A stretch of DNA of 63,325 bases, the filler included, from Catajapyx aquilonaris (Eukaryota): assembly GCA_000934665.2 (NCBI GenBank). It is 2 parts of 2 records of this genome, joined end to end, with 100 filler letters (N's around TTAATTAATTAA, not from the genome) between each part and the next. Parts side by side here need not be neighbours in the genome. Positions count along the whole stretch, not along the records: positions 1 to 31,620 come from JYFJ02004508.1; positions 31,721 to 63,325 come from JYFJ02004509.1. The stretch is one strand, 5' to 3'. Shown here piece after piece: positions 24,589-38,408 of this stretch (positions are counted from its first letter, which is position 1; every line of letters begins with the position of its first letter). A model generated the notes under the pieces. The model searched no databases and was not told the DNA's origin. It saw nothing but the letters and a program-made list of their open reading frames with translations. Made by a program: the position numbers and the translations under genes.

Positions 24589-25202
24589 CTAAATAGAAAA
24601 GAGCTGTTAATCTCAATTGCCTTCGGAGGATTCAAGTTTATGCAAAGGTTCCAGCAAGTAATAACAGTACTTCATAAATAATGGACTTTTTGTTATAACA
24701 GACTAGAAAGGTGGGTCCCAGCAAACTTCCACAAGGCACTGTGTTTCGACCACATGCCTCCTACCCTGGGGGGCCCACGTGCTAGCAATAAATCCAGTCT
24801 GCAGCTCTGAGTCACTGCCAGACAGCCATCCCCCCTCCCAGAAAATCCTTTCCCTTCATGAGGACCCCAAATTATCAACTTTTGGACCGAATGTGTGAAA
24901 AGAGGTTGAATCCCGAACACACAGATGGTGATTTATGGCCCAATTTTCCCATTTCTGCCCTTTTTCGGCCCTGAGATGGGACGGGAGGAGCGATTTTTTT
25001 TCGTTATATGCAAACCGAAAAACCTTTCGTTAAAAGCAGATATTTTTATCATGGGTTTATGTGGGGCCTCTGATGGTCGCCCAAAAAAAATCTGTTATAA
25101 GCGGATTTTCGTTATAAAGGGATTCGACAGTATCATGAATTCGTGAATGCACTTTTACGCAGAGGGTGTGATAAAATATAAATACCAAATGAAATGCTTT
25201 AC

Positions 25203-25454
25203 CACTTTGTGATGTATCAGCAAGAAGTAATGAAATGAAGTTTGCAGTGTAGAACTGCAAGTCAGTTATTAGGCGCTGGGTTTCACCCCTAGAGAAGCAG
25301 CATTTGGAGGCACGAATTGATTGAGCTGAGGTTGTTGTTATCTCCAACATCACAAACTCAGGGGCTGGAGATGACTGGAGCAGACCTGCCACAAAGATCT
25401 TGCCCTGCTCTGGGATACTCATACGAGTTAGACGGAGTTCATCTGAGTTGGTGC
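25203..25454 (-). CDS. ANAPC4: ANAPC4 coding exon 4
   Basis: Phase-1/phase-1 exon containing DLQFY; canonical AG and GT. Confidence 0.8.
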
Positions 25455-25548
25455 CTGCAGTGTACATGAAAAAAAGTTAATAAAGTTGAACTTAATCTCT
25501 GCCTTGATCTGTTAAATACTTTTATCTAAATACTGTTTTCTAACTTAC

Positions 25549-26044
25549 ATTGGACTTTGAAGATCCACCTGAGTTTATGCTCTCCAACTTCCCCACTGAT
25601 GATCTCACATGGCTCTTTAAAAATCCTCTGTACTGCTTCCTGCACCTTTCGATGCATTTGTACTAGAGACTTGCTAGTCTCTGGAACTACCAATCCTGGC
25701 ACATCTTTCAATTCAGGATGGGCCACCAGAAAACAAACCCATGGATTTGTTTCAATCCCAGAGGGCAGCACCAAGTCTTCGTCTTTGAGGTACTGACCAA
25801 CTCTTTCCAAGTATAGGCGGGAGCGAGGTTTGCCACTGCTATTATTTGCTCTCTCCGACATGAAATGGCTATAAGGAGCCTCAGAGGGGCGATCAAGACT
25901 CTGAAGGAAATCAGCAGTAAATCCTAGCTCCTGTTGACTGATGCGGTTCAGCTCAGCAGGGATGTGCTCATTGTTCAGTCGAAGTATTGCGACATATAGC
26001 CATCGGAAGAAGGCCTTGAAGTTTTTTGATGCTACTTCTATCAC
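25549..26044 (-). CDS. ANAPC4: ANAPC4 coding exon 3
   Basis: KNFKAFFRWLYVAILRL and LERVGQYLKDED APC4 motifs; taacag acceptor; GTAAGT donor. Confidence 0.93.
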
Positions 26045-26376
26045 CTGTTAGGGTTAGAAGTGAAAATTAACATTTCCTGTCCTCTGAATTATATTGTAAT
26101 TAGTGGAGTTACTTAAACCCAAGGAAAATGTATTCACAGAGCTTTCCCACCATATTTATGTTACTACTTGAAATTACATGACATTTTATTTACAGTTTGT
26201 TGTAAAAACCATGGTAAGTAAGTCCATGAGGTTAGGGTCAGGTTTGAGAGAGATAGAGATAGGCAGGGTCTGGAGGAGAGAGAAACACAAAGTAGTCTAG
26301 TCTCTATAGTCTAGTGGGATGATTCCCTCACCAATATACAGGAACCCATCATGAGAGAAATAACCCGAGTGCTCAC

Positions 26377-27479
26377 CTGCTGCACCTCAAGAGTCTTGGC
26401 CATAAACCTGCCCAATGCTCCATATGCCTGGAGAACTTCTGCTTCCTGCAGCCCGATTGCTTGGTATCTCTGGCTGAGGCGGGCCATTCCAAGAAGGGCT
26501 GCCAGGTGGAATTCCATATTTCTTCCAACACTCTGCAGGTGCTTCAGCACCAGCTTCTGGATGTTGGTGTAGCTCAAGTCAATGGAGTTGCCCAGCTTCT
26601 TTAGTCCTTTCTCTGTCAGGTCAGACACTAAGAAGTGCTCAAGCTCTGGTGATGGCATCCCGAAAATGAGTAACTCCAGAAAGTCAGCTGACAGGGAACC
26701 CCCAGATGACACGCTGTCAGCATACAATGCTAACTTTGAGTCCATCTCTAATAGGATACTCTCCCATGCTTCAGTTATAGCTTTGATTGTCTGGTTCATG
26801 TATGTGCACAGGCTAATAACCTGACCATACACCTTGGATAATGTCTGAAGCTCATACTGTCGGCTGGATAGCAGTGGAGTCTCCACAAAAATGATGCCCA
26901 CCCGCTGTTTGTTCTCTTCCTTGTTTACATCCAAAATCACTGCAATAATCCTCTCCATATTGCGTGCCATTCCTAAACTCAGCACTTTACATTTCTCTCC
27001 TGTCATGGCTGCTAGATCTATTTTAATGCACTGAAAAATACCATATGCATAGCCATACAATTTTCCAGCCTCAGTCCCTACCAGCAGGAAACTTAGTAAG
27101 TTCTGGTCTTGCACACGCTGGAAATCCTCCATGTTCTCATCCAGTTGTTTACTGGCTGACCCAAAGCTCTTGCTTAATGATGGCAGCTTTGGGAGGAAGT
27201 GGGATGGGGAATCTGGGAAGCCTACCTGTACACTCGGCTTTAAATCAGTAGCTTTTTCTAGGATTTGCAACCAGCAAAGTGATGAAACAGGTGAGTCCAC
27301 TTTGTTGGAATGAAGGACATCAGCATTTTCAATATCAATCACAAGGACATCCCCATTGTTGTAACCTACTGCGAGTGTCTTCCCATCTGGACGCCAGGCA
27401 AGTCCTGTCACTGTGCAGTCTTGTGGAGGTGGCAGAACCCACACTTTCTGCCATGACAAGCGGTGGAGGACAATCTCAC
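26377..27479 (-). CDS. ANAPC4: ANAPC4 coding exon 2 (WD40 repeats and Apc4 helical domain)
   Basis: LHRLSWQKVW, LAWRPDGKTLAVGY, EAWESILLEMDSKL, LTEKGLKKLGNSI; canonical splice sites; 1103 nt. Confidence 0.95.
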
Positions 27480-29432
27480 CTATGATACATAAAGAATTTT
27501 ATTTAGAGTATAGTACCTTGCATAGTCCAAATACAAATTATGATAATGTACAAGAAAATCTCAATGTTGCAAAGCAGTGCAGTGGTCTGAAATTTCTTCA
27601 CGTCACAAAACCCTTCTGACTTACAGAAACTTTGGCAAAACCCAGTCCAATAATTGCCTCATGTTACGATTTTCATGAAGACTTAATTACTGCATGGTGT
27701 TCCTCTCTCTTTTATCACACACATGTGGTCCACTCTCCAGGTTCTACTTTTCTAGAGTGAGAATAAGGGACCAGTATAATTTAATGATGTATAAAATACC
27801 AGTTGGGTACATGCTTAATGTGTGGATTTATGCTTCTCTGGTTTCAAAGGAAACATTCATTTTGGGGTCACAGAAGCAAAAACCAGATGGAGCTTCAAAC
27901 ATGATGCATAGTTGCCCTCCCTTTCTGGGGCAAAAAACACTACCCCAGGCTATGAAACTGAGCCTCAGATACACTTTATATTGAACTGTCAGTATCATAT
28001 CCCACGGCTTTTAAGGGGAAGGATGCAAGGGGGTAGCCACTCGAATGAAAAGTGTACACTGGAGTACCAAATTCAAGAAGTATCAAGGCGTACCACAGAG
28101 TAAGGCACCTAAGGAGTACCTGGGAGTACCACTCGCACGTCTACACCGGAGTACCGAAGTGGCTACCTCATTGAGCGCATGTGTTCCGTCATAAAGTCAT
28201 TTGTGTCTGGTTCAGTACTGCGGGGACTGTTGGTGTGCTTTCCTCTGTTTTCCGCAGGCATTTCCACTCCTTGCGACAAGCGACAAACTAGCACCTGAGT
28301 TCGTTGAACCATGTTCCAACATTTGACGCCCTGGTCCAGGGGCGAGGTGACAGAGAGGGGATGTGCAGTGCATTGTCGTTTACGAAGGTCATTTTGTGAG
28401 CTCGCCCGGGTGGTTAGTCTAGCGGAAATCCTACCCGAGACGAAACCAGAGATGACCCCGAACAATGCACAAGATGAGGGGGGAATGCCCGGGCTTGGGA
28501 TCGAACCCAGGGCCTTTCCATCCGTCGGTGCATATACGTTACTGCAGCGCCACTCCGCCTTCCCTGCATACGTTACACTTAGAGAGATACATTATGCTGA
28601 CATACATTATCAGACCATGAACACGGGCAGAATATGCGACATATGTATTTAGAACACCGCATGTGCCACTTAACCGGAGGAATCGGGAACCCTGCGGAGT
28701 GCCTAGATTCCGTGCGCTACCTTTCATGCGATATTCTATAGAATGTAAAACAGCACTATGTTTGGGGTATGTTGCAAGTGGGGGGTGTACTACTGCCTCT
28801 TACTGTACAGCTCCTGATTGAGCTACGAGAGTCGAACCACCTGGTATGGGTTCAGTTTCGACGAAACTATTTTTACCGCATTCTATTCTGCGAATCATAA
28901 TTGCGAGTTTCGTGCACCATAAATTTGATTTTCGCTCAACATAGTGTGGTTTTACCTTCCACGGCGGTGTGGAAATCAAAACGATGTTTTTTTTGGGCCT
29001 CTGCGAGGGGGGGGGGGGGGGGGTNGGGGGGGGGGGGTCCAACTTCGCTTGCCATTCAGTCATCGTTCAACCCACGAGGGTCGGATCACCTGGTATGTCG
29101 ACAGTTTCGCCAAATCTTTCCGTGGATACCAATATCATGCATGTGTGATCTGTATTTTCGTTATTATAGGCTTCGTTCAAAAAGGTCGAGATTCGCAAAT
29201 CTTGAAACACGCGCAACATAGCGCGGTTTTGATTCCACGATTCAATTATCTACATGGCAGTGTCTTGACACTGACAAAATGTTGAGATGGCTTGTAACCA
29301 TCACACTCATGATTTGAGTAACTATGTCTAAACTACTCTAGAAGTAAGATGCAGAATACTGACATAGCCGGGATGAAATGTTGCTTATTTTTTAGTTCAC
29401 CTGTGTAATATTAAAATGCAATGCTACATTGT

Positions 29433-31076
29433 ATGGGGGAAAAAGGTCCAAAAGGGACAGATGGTTTTGGAAAGGGGACAAATACAGATGGTAAACAAAT
29501 ACAGATACTTAGGATTGGTTCACAAGGAAGGGGGGGATACAGGAACATATCAAGTCGCAAAGACAGAAGGCATGGAGAGGATTACATAGGCTCAGGAGGA
29601 TATGCAGGCAACAAAAAATGGAACAGTGGAGTTTGGTAAAGGTATTGTATGGTAGCATGGTGAGAACGATCATACTGCAGGGAGCTGAGGTGTGGGCGTG
29701 GAAGGTGGAACGAGCAATGGAGTGTGTACAGCTGGGGTTCCTCAAGAGATGGCTAGGAGTGGCCCAGAATACGCTGCGGTACATTGTGCTGACAGACAGG
29801 CATGATGGAGGTGGAAGTGGCAGCATTAGAAAGGGCAGTTAGGTGGATTATGAAGGTAAAAAGGTTAGGGGAAGACAGACTGTTGTGAAGGATATGGGAA
29901 GAGATGAAGAATGAAAGGGAGGGGGGTAGTAAAAATGCCTGATGGGGAGATGTGAGGAAAAAGGAATGTGAATGGGGGGTGGAGTATGACAAGGGGTGGC
30001 AAAAGCGAACTTGGGAGGAACGATGGGACTTATGGTGGCAGGGACTGAGGGAGAGGATGATCAAAGAGAGGGAGGAGAGAATTGATACCACAAACAACTG
30101 GCCCGACAACAACTTTGTAAAGATGGAGAGAGAAGACCAATATCTGGACAGGAAAAATATAAATTTTTTGAAGGTGTGAGCTAAACTAAGATGTGGGACA
30201 CTGTGCAGGGCTAGCTAGTCGTGGCTGTCAGAAACGGATAGGAACTGTTTATGTGTGGGGAGGGGGAGGAGAATATGGGCACATTGTGAGGGACTGCAGG
30301 GTAATGAGGGAGGAGAGGAGGAAATGGATACCGGCGGTGGAGGAGATGGGGGATGAAGAGGTGTATAGCTTTGTAAAGAATGTTAAAAAAAGGGGAGCTC
30401 TGTGTAGATATCTGTATGGTATGGTGAAAAAGAGAGGGGATACAATCAGGGGCGGATTAGCCTTCTTTGCCGCCCTAGGCCAGTCCTGAAATTGCCGCCC
30501 CCGGAAACATCAGGGCAGGCGGGGGGGGGNGGGGGGGGGGCACGGTGGATACGGTTTAGGCCAGTGGTTCTTAACCTTTTCGGGCCTCCGCACCCCTTTG
30601 AAGACAGTTGGTCCTCGTCATTGCACCCCCTATACCATGCCAGGGGTGATAGATGCCGTTCAAAGATAGACGTAGGCTACACCTTGCTCACGGCCATTGC
30701 CAAAATCGCGTATTTAATTAAAATGATAGTTAATTTAAATGAAATATCCTTCAATGAAAGAGTAGAACACGTCGGAAATGGCGGGGAGGAAGCCCGCCGC
30801 AGGCGAAATTTTTTTTCGTTCAAGGCTTAATATATTCATATAATATTGCTTTATTTAAACTTGCCGGTTGCCGCCCTTCAAAATATGCCGCCCTAGGCCA
30901 TGGCCTAGTGTGGCCTTATGGGTAATCCGCCTCTGGATACAATTTTGGAGAGACAGGGGGAGGGGGTGAGTGAAAATGGAATTTTGTAAATGTAAACGTG
31001 TACAAAAGGAGGAGGGTCGGCCAAGCAGCATGTGCTGCAGGTCGACGAAATCTAAATAAAGCTATAAACAAACAAA
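29433..31076 (+). mobile_element. 5'-truncated non-LTR retrotransposon (LINE) in ANAPC4 intron 1
   Basis: Post-RT motifs (GAEVW..ECVQLGFLKRWLGV; HIVRDC); AATAAA plus (AAAC)n tail; 14-bp TSD CAATGCTACATTGT at 29419-29432 and 31077-31090. Confidence 0.85.
30447..30935. mobile_element. hAT-type MITE inserted into the LINE
   Basis: TIRs CAGGGGCGGATTA / TAATCCGCCTCTG; perfect 8-bp TSD GATACAAT at 30439-30446 and 30936-30943. Confidence 0.88.
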
Positions 31077-31262
31077 CAATGCTACATTGTCAGTGGGCAG
31101 GCAAAGGGAGCATCAGTATCATCAATCCCCTCCCAAACTGAAATCCTGTCTAGGTTGGTGGTGAGGCATAACTCCCACCTTTGCATTCTGCCTACTGATT
31201 CCAGGAACCATCACCGGGAAGCAATGGTTTTAACCAAATCCCCTCCACGAAGCTTATCATAC

Positions 31263-31368
31263 CTTTCTTATTGGCGACAGCTACAAGGTCCATCTTAGGT
31301 GACCAGATCATTTTCTCCACAGCAGTGCCCACATAGCGTTCCTCTAGCTGGTGCATGACAGGCGGCAT
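31263..31368 (-). CDS. ANAPC4: Anaphase-promoting complex subunit 4, coding exon 1 (MPPVMHQLEERYVGTAVEKMIWSPKMDLVAVANKKG)
   Basis: APC4 N-terminal WSPKxDL motif; donor GTATGA; phase 1 joins the GEIVLHRL exon. Not in the ORF track. Confidence 0.88.
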
Positions 31369-31620
31369 TAATGTTTTCTCCCTGTGTGAGCATATTCATG
31401 AAACATACCATACACGCATGGCTCTTTCAACAATCATCTCATGAGCATTTACACCTCCGTTATGACAATAAATGAGTGATTTTATTGCTGCTATAATTGA
31501 AAATATTACAACCAAATCATTGGGTATGTACAGTGCTGGACACAATAGCATATAACAAGTGTAAACAACGACTTTGGCGTTACCTGGCAACTGGTCGTGT
31601 TCGGACATCGTCATGTGGAG

Positions 31621-31720
31621 NNNNNNNNNNNNNNNNNNNNNNNNNNNNNNNNNNNNNNNNNNNNTTAATTAATTAANNNNNNNNNNNNNNNNNNNNNNNN
31701 NNNNNNNNNNNNNNNNNNNN
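31621..31720. other. Assembly gap / artificial contig linker (Ns around TTAATTAATTAA at 31665-31676)
   Basis: 100-nt N block with a central palindromic six-frame-stop 12-mer. Confidence 0.92.
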
Positions 31721-34700
31721 TTCTGGTACAGTATACTGTACACCATATCCAAAAGAGTGGCCGTTTTATGTTTCTGTCGCAACTATTTGTCGGTAAAAAG
31801 GTCCGAACAAATTTTCACATTGGAAACAACATTTTTTGTTAAACTTGGCCTACTGAAATGTAATCCATTATGATGGAACGGAGGCTATTGGTCTACTAGC
31901 TTTGCAGTTGGTACTGGTTAGCAGTGCATTGATCCCATCCTTAACTCTGCAACGGGGCAATCTAGTTTAACACGAGCTTTGCAAGCAAAAACTTGGCCCT
32001 TAAGTCGGTTCAGGCGAAGTTTGCACCAGTTTTACTGCTTATTTTCCGGTCATTAAATCATACCATCCAACAGGACTTGGCTTACTGCAAGTCAAGAAGT
32101 GGCTGCATAACAAGATGACTACTTTTTGTGAATCTTATGCAACCTAACATTAAGTTAACAATGGCGCCAGAAGAATGGTACTATTCTAATATTACTAACT
32201 TGTAGATTTGAGGATGAACATATAATCAACAAATTCATTTTTATTGACATACATTTTCAGTAAAGATATATGCCGCAGTGGAACATAATCTTCAATACGC
32301 ACTTCCTGGTGGTCAAATCTTCTAGAACAATTATTCAAGTTCGCCTGTACAGAACTTTTGAAAACAATGGAAGCAATCAGGAAATCCCCAAACCAAAACT
32401 TGCCACATCTCGTAATTATTTTCTCCATTTCGACTCTTTTATTATCACAAGCTCTTAACTTATAATTTAAATGGGCAATGAAAATAATCGGTTGGATCCG
32501 GGGGGGGTCACACAAGTACAATCACGCATTATTATGTTTTTTATAAAAGAAAGAAAAAACTTGGTTCATGGAATTGTTATTGCCGCCACATTGAAGCAGG
32601 TCAGGCACTAAGATGGAGATGGCTTGGGGTAGGGCAAGGTTGTGGTTGCTGAAGGTGGAAGAGGTGGAGGAGTTGGTGGGTTGGGGTTCTGTGGGAAAAA
32701 CGCATTGAAGGGACTGAGGTTGGGGTAGGTTAAGGAAGAAACGAATCAGGTTTGGAGATACTACCGTAATTGCACCACTCGGTCATGCCATGCACCGTGC
32801 ACGTGCATCTAACCCTACTCCAAATGGGTAGTTATTAACCCGCAGGCGATCACAAATATATTTCTTTTTTTAGAATCTGCGAATCAAGTCGGCTTTCCTG
32901 ATTAGAAGATGAGCATGCATGGTCAAAAAATTAAGTAGCAACATCACGTTTGACTCAAGTTCACGTTGGTATCGTTCCATCTATGTCACTCTTAGGCAAG
33001 TCAAGATTTTGTAATACTGATGATTGTTTGGTTGTCAGAAATGTGACGCAATAATGTTCGTGGATGATCTTGCGAAATTTTAGAGCTCAATGCCGAATGA
33101 GAAGGTCTCTACCGAACAATGCGTATAGGATGATGAACCCTCTGGCTCGTTGCGTGAGGCATTGAAATCATTAAAAAATATTTACGATAATTTATTTTCC
33201 TTTCCTATCTCCGCTATTATCTTATTGCGTGGAACCTTTTAAGATCCCTCACTGGTAAATTTATGTACATTTCAGGAGCCATTACCGCTGCTCCTCCTAC
33301 GTTTATAGAACATATTGTTTCACCTGGTCATCACATTAAAAATTCAATGTCAGTTTGCCTGTAAGACGTACGTTGGCATAAGACTGCAAGCTTGGCAATT
33401 AACCCAACTGTGCCAATTACTCTGATGCTTTTTTTCTAATTGTAAGTTACTATTCAATCATTACAATTAATCAATTGGAACAATACATAATGCAGCAAAC
33501 TGCAATGGCATGGAGCTTTATAAACATTGCACAAACATGCAATCATTCAAGTACCGAGTGGTTTACCCAAGTACGTGTAATAAAGGAGAATTTCCTTGAG
33601 TCATGTGTTGTGCGATAGTAAGTCAAATCGCAAAACCTTCATGAAGAGGAATAACCCAATACATACGTAGTGTTATTGTATCAACGCAACGTTAGCACGT
33701 AAAAGTATATAGGGCTGAAAATCGGGTGAGAGCCAGTTTTTATGTGCATCACATTTCTCTCTTTGAATGACCTTGAATGTGCCATGCTGTAATTACCAAG
33801 CAGTGAAAAACCTCATTACAAATGTATTACAGAAATTTTCCAGTTAAAAAAAATCACATATCGGCATACCAACGATTTGTCTTGTCGAGTTTATATGTGT
33901 AGTATATTCGTAAAATATTTATTGGGGAGTATACAGTTCCTGACATGATACTGCTGAATGCAATGTATTTTCTTGCTGAAACTATATTTCAAACTACGCA
34001 TTTCTGAGTAGCTTCGAGAAAATCTAACCATTATGTCACAGTGTAAGCACCTTTAAAATTGAATCACGCACAGTACAATACATCATATGGCACATTCGCA
34101 TGTATACAACAAAAATAATATTATAGCTGCCTCTCACATTAATTTTTAAAAATCAAACACCAAGTACCCTGTCACAAATTCAGCCCTGACTTGGCTATAC
34201 CTATTAGGTATGCAGAGCAAATTAAACGTCGTTCATGTTGCATATAGTTACCTACTGCTACGAAGCATACATAATAATATATCACTAATTTTAGGAAGTC
34301 ACGTCTAAAAAGAAATGTGCAACATTACTCTGCCACTTTCAACCTTGGAAATGATACAAAGGCCGAAAAAGGTGTAAAAGTAAGCAACAATAACACAGGG
34401 TGATTTTACATAAACCGCAGTTGCATAAAGTGAAGCAAAATACACTACTGCTGTATTTGACAAGAACTGAAACAAAATGAAGAATATGCCTTGGTTTAGA
34501 TGGGCTGCCTTTATCCGGTTGTAGATGATATAACTTATGTGCTGATTCAATTTATTGTCAATTACTTTTCAATTTATTGTCAATGGGGGTATACAGTGTA
34601 TTACAATAAGGCAGGTTATTTTTATTTCTCTCCACATTTCTTACCTAGTCTATAGACAATATATTATATAAGAGAACACTGCCATCATTATAACTGGCTG

Positions 34701-35592
34701 CATTTTACAGCAGGACTTTCCAGAGGGATAATGACAGCTTTGTGTTGCACCTGCTGGCTTGAGAACGAAGCAGATTTTGCCAGATTCATGCAATTCGTGC
34801 GAGGTGTCATTGGAATGACCTGTAAACTCACTCTTCAGGCTTAGGAATAAATTGTCGCCATGCCTCAGGTCAACATATATATTTTGTTAATGGTACGACT
34901 TTGCATATAGTGTATATTTTTGGATTTTGGAGATCCACCTCTGAACAAAGGCAGCCAACAGTATTGTTCAGTTGTTTACGGTTGTTTACTAGCAGCGCGA
35001 CGCCACGCACGTGAACCTGTTTATTTATAGTACAAGATGCGCGGGTCATGTCACATTATAATGTAGATAATAAGTGGCCTGTCGGGATTCACTAGTGCGC
35101 GTTGACATTGCGGTGACCCTGTAGCAAGTGGCTGCGGTCAAGGTCGCTATTGGCGTAGTTGGACTGTTTCCTCCAAGAAAGTTCTAGATTCTTTGGCAGA
35201 TATCTAATAAAGAAGCCTCTTCTGGCTTCTTCATACTCGACTTCAGATTCGGCCCCGCCCCAATATCACCTAAGTTCAAATATTCGTTCACTTCCCTTTT
35301 TAAGAGTAACTTTTAAGTATGACGTCGCTACGGTAGTTAGTGGTTTAGGCCACACCCATTTCGCCTCAGAGATTCCGAGTTCGATCCTTGGATCGGAGGG
35401 AGGAATTTTTTTATATGGGGTGACCGCCCCTAAAACAAATCCTTCATGCAACAAGTCATGCTGAAACCAACGGCTCCTACCATAATATCGACATAAAATA
35501 CAAAACTATTGCTAATTTACGCTTCTAGCGTATGTAAGGTTAGGTTAGGTTACATAAATAAAGTTACCCGGTATTTTGGGTCATAGGGCCTC

Positions 35593-35637
<45 letters not shown>
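35593..35637 (+). repeat. (GTT)n microsatellite
   Basis: Direct reading. Confidence 0.9.
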
Positions 35638-35638
<1 letters not shown>

Positions 35639-36631
35639 ATCATCATCATTATAATTAAAGGTTTTTTACATGGCTGTAGATGAGGACTTCAACTCTACGC
35701 TATACCCAGAGTTAGCCTATTCCCTCTCCTGAAAATTGCAAAATATTGAAGGCTGTAGCCTAATAACCGAGCAATTATAATGATTCACTTGTTTGCTTCT
35801 AATTTCGGAATCGACCGGATACTGTCGGATATCATGAGAGTGCTTAGCAGAAGTATTTACCTTTGGCTTTTCCCAAATTCTGCACTTGATTCTGACTCGG
35901 ATTTATCCAGAAAAATCCTACAATCATCTGAAGGTCTTAAATCTCAAGGGTTTATTGCCTTTTTGGAAAATCCAACCATAACAATGCAATGGCATCCGAT
36001 TCGTCATCCGTTTCCAGAATCCATTCACTGCCCCAGTTAAGTGCAAAACCCTACACAGGCCCCCAACTCCAGCCATCTATTATTAGGCCGGCACCAAAAT
36101 GGCCCCTAGGCCCAGCCTATACCGCAGCCCGGCTACCAGTTTTCCCTTAAGATAAAGGGTTCGGGACCGGAAACGAATGTCACCTTCGTCCCGAACCAGT
36201 TTTTTTTTTTTTCCTTCTCTTTCTTAGGTGAGCATGCTTCCTCCAATCCTTTCCCAGGCAGGTAATTTCGCCGGGTCCAGCGTGCAACCTCTCAAGGTTG
36301 AACTGGACCCCGATGGTTGACGGCCATGGCGGCAGTCAAAAAGGACAATCCCAGTCTCCCTGGACTTCAGTTTGTGACCCATTCCCGTCAGCGTCACTTA
36401 TTCAGGTTGGGGATTCCGACTTAGGCGAGTCATACGGGGTAAGTCCATCATCTATGACGACATAGTACACGCAAGTGTACGAGATATCCCGTCATTTTGC
36501 GTAGAAAACAGGTTTACATCTTTATAATTCCCAGCTTTTTTTTCTCCCACTACTCCCCTCGTTCCTCCCACCCCTCCTCCTTTTTTTTCTTTTTACTTGC
36601 TACTACCATTGGCTATAAGAGGCAGGGCAAC

Positions 36632-36775
36632 ATGTCTGTTTGGTATAGTGTGATGATGCTGCTCTGTCCGAAGAGGCCGTTTCTTATCCTGACCATAGGA
36701 GGGGTCACGATGATGTTCGCCATATTGGTGCAACATTTCATCTTCCCCAATGCTGTTTATCTGTACATCAGAAAG
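36632..36775 (+). CDS. CD36/SR-B family scavenger receptor 1, exon 1 (N-terminal TM helix)
   Basis: ATG at 36632; hydrophobic segment; AAG|GTAAGT donor, phase 0. Confidence 0.8.
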
Positions 36776-37980
36776 GTAAGTAGTTTAATTTCCTGATCAT
36801 ATAATATGAATATGTGAAATATAGAACGATTAGAGATTCATTTTATCGTTGTGTAATATAGTCCTTCGCATGTACTTTTTGATGGTAAGTCGAGTTTATT
36901 TTTCAATAACGAAATGTTCGTGAGTAAAGGATTTCCCTAAGGGAGAATGCAATATTTAAACAGCAATCTCGATATTATTGTGACTCTGATCGTTCTGCAT
37001 TTCAGGTTTTCATAGAGTAGGCTAATGTAGAGGGAGTTGGTTTACTACTGCAATGCCACATGGCAATCACATTTTAATATTTTGAACGTGCCATTAAATT
37101 TTCTCGATGGGGGGGTATTCATGTATGACAAGTGACATATTTGAATGCGTATCACCAGACTTCAGATTATTGAACTTTGATTATTTGACTTAGCTCAAAT
37201 GCCTCAGTCACATCGCATTGAACTTTGGACTGTCACATACCAAGTATGTAAACTTTTAGTCTTGACCCTAGCACCATACGCGAATTAATTAATTTCAATA
37301 GCGGCTAATAAATTAACATCATAAGGCACCAAACAAGTTCAGTATACAGTTTGTTTAATACAAGCTTAATATCAGGTGGTCGACTCTCAATTTCATTGTA
37401 TTTTCAAGTTTTAATATGGGTGTTCATTTCCCGAAGATCATTATCGTAACAACCTATGCAGGTGCAGCAATATTACACTTTCACATTCATTGGTCAGCCC
37501 GGACCTGTTCCTCTCAAGACTACGGAATTGTTGCATGGCTGTTTATTGAACCTAGGAAGAAGTCACTCGCCGCCACTGACCTTCCTCACTTGCCCGCAAG
37601 GCGAGAGGGTAGCTAATGGTTATACTCACGGAAGATCCAACCATACTATTGCTTACTTGTTAGATTGGCAGTACAAATGGCCTCATTTTTGTCCTGTCAT
37701 TATTTTGAACTTGAGGTACCGCAGTATATCTCATGCAATAAAAAAATCTTCGCATGCGTCCACGTACTTTATATCATGTCAGCATCCGACCTGACAGATT
37801 GTGGCGAAAAAAAGCCCGCGGAAAAAAATGGTCGCAAAGTAACCTGTATGATTCATATAAATGTCCTTACATGCATTCCGTAGAACGTGATTTGCTTTTC
37901 TTGCTGCTCGTTAGTTCTAGTTTAAATAATTGCTGTCTGATAACCATCTCATATGCTTTATTACTCATTTTTTTCCCCAG

Positions 37981-38141
37981 ACTTTATACCTCAGACCAGG
38001 TTCTGAGATGTGGGACATTTTTGAAGAAGTGCCTTTTCCGGTGCACATGCACTACTATTTATTCAACGTGAGCAACCCTGATGAAATTCAGAACCAAGGT
38101 GCTAAACCAGTTCTGCAGGAGATGGGCAGATATACATACCT
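37981..38141 (+). CDS. CD36-family gene 1, exon 2
   Basis: YLFNVSNPDEI...GAKPVLQEMGRYTY CD36 signature; canonical splice sites. Confidence 0.92.
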
Positions 38142-38266
38142 GTAAGTTCAAACTGCCCCCTACGAGGCCAAGTAGTCAGTAATTCGTTATTAGAGGGTGT
38201 GTTGCTTTGAAAAACCCTCCCTTCATACGCGATGGTATTCTACATGTTTTTCCCCCCTTTTTGTAG

Positions 38267-38408
38267 AGAAAAGTTCAAGAAGCACAACATAACCTTCAAC
38301 GATGACGGGACCATATCTTATTACCAATCCAAGACATACCACTTCCTACCAGAAATGTCCAACGGTACAGAGGATGATTTGATAACGCTGATCAACGTGC
38401 CATTCATG
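38267..38408 (+). CDS. CD36-family gene 1, exon 3
   Basis: KHNITFNDDGTISY...FLPEMSNGTEDDLITLINVP; phase-consistent. Confidence 0.92.

Noticed and set aside
28026..28165. Short GGAGTACC repeats with spacers, superficially CRISPR-like
   Set aside because: Repeats are only about 8 nt and irregular, belong to a dispersed TIR element, and lie in a eukaryotic context with no cas genes.
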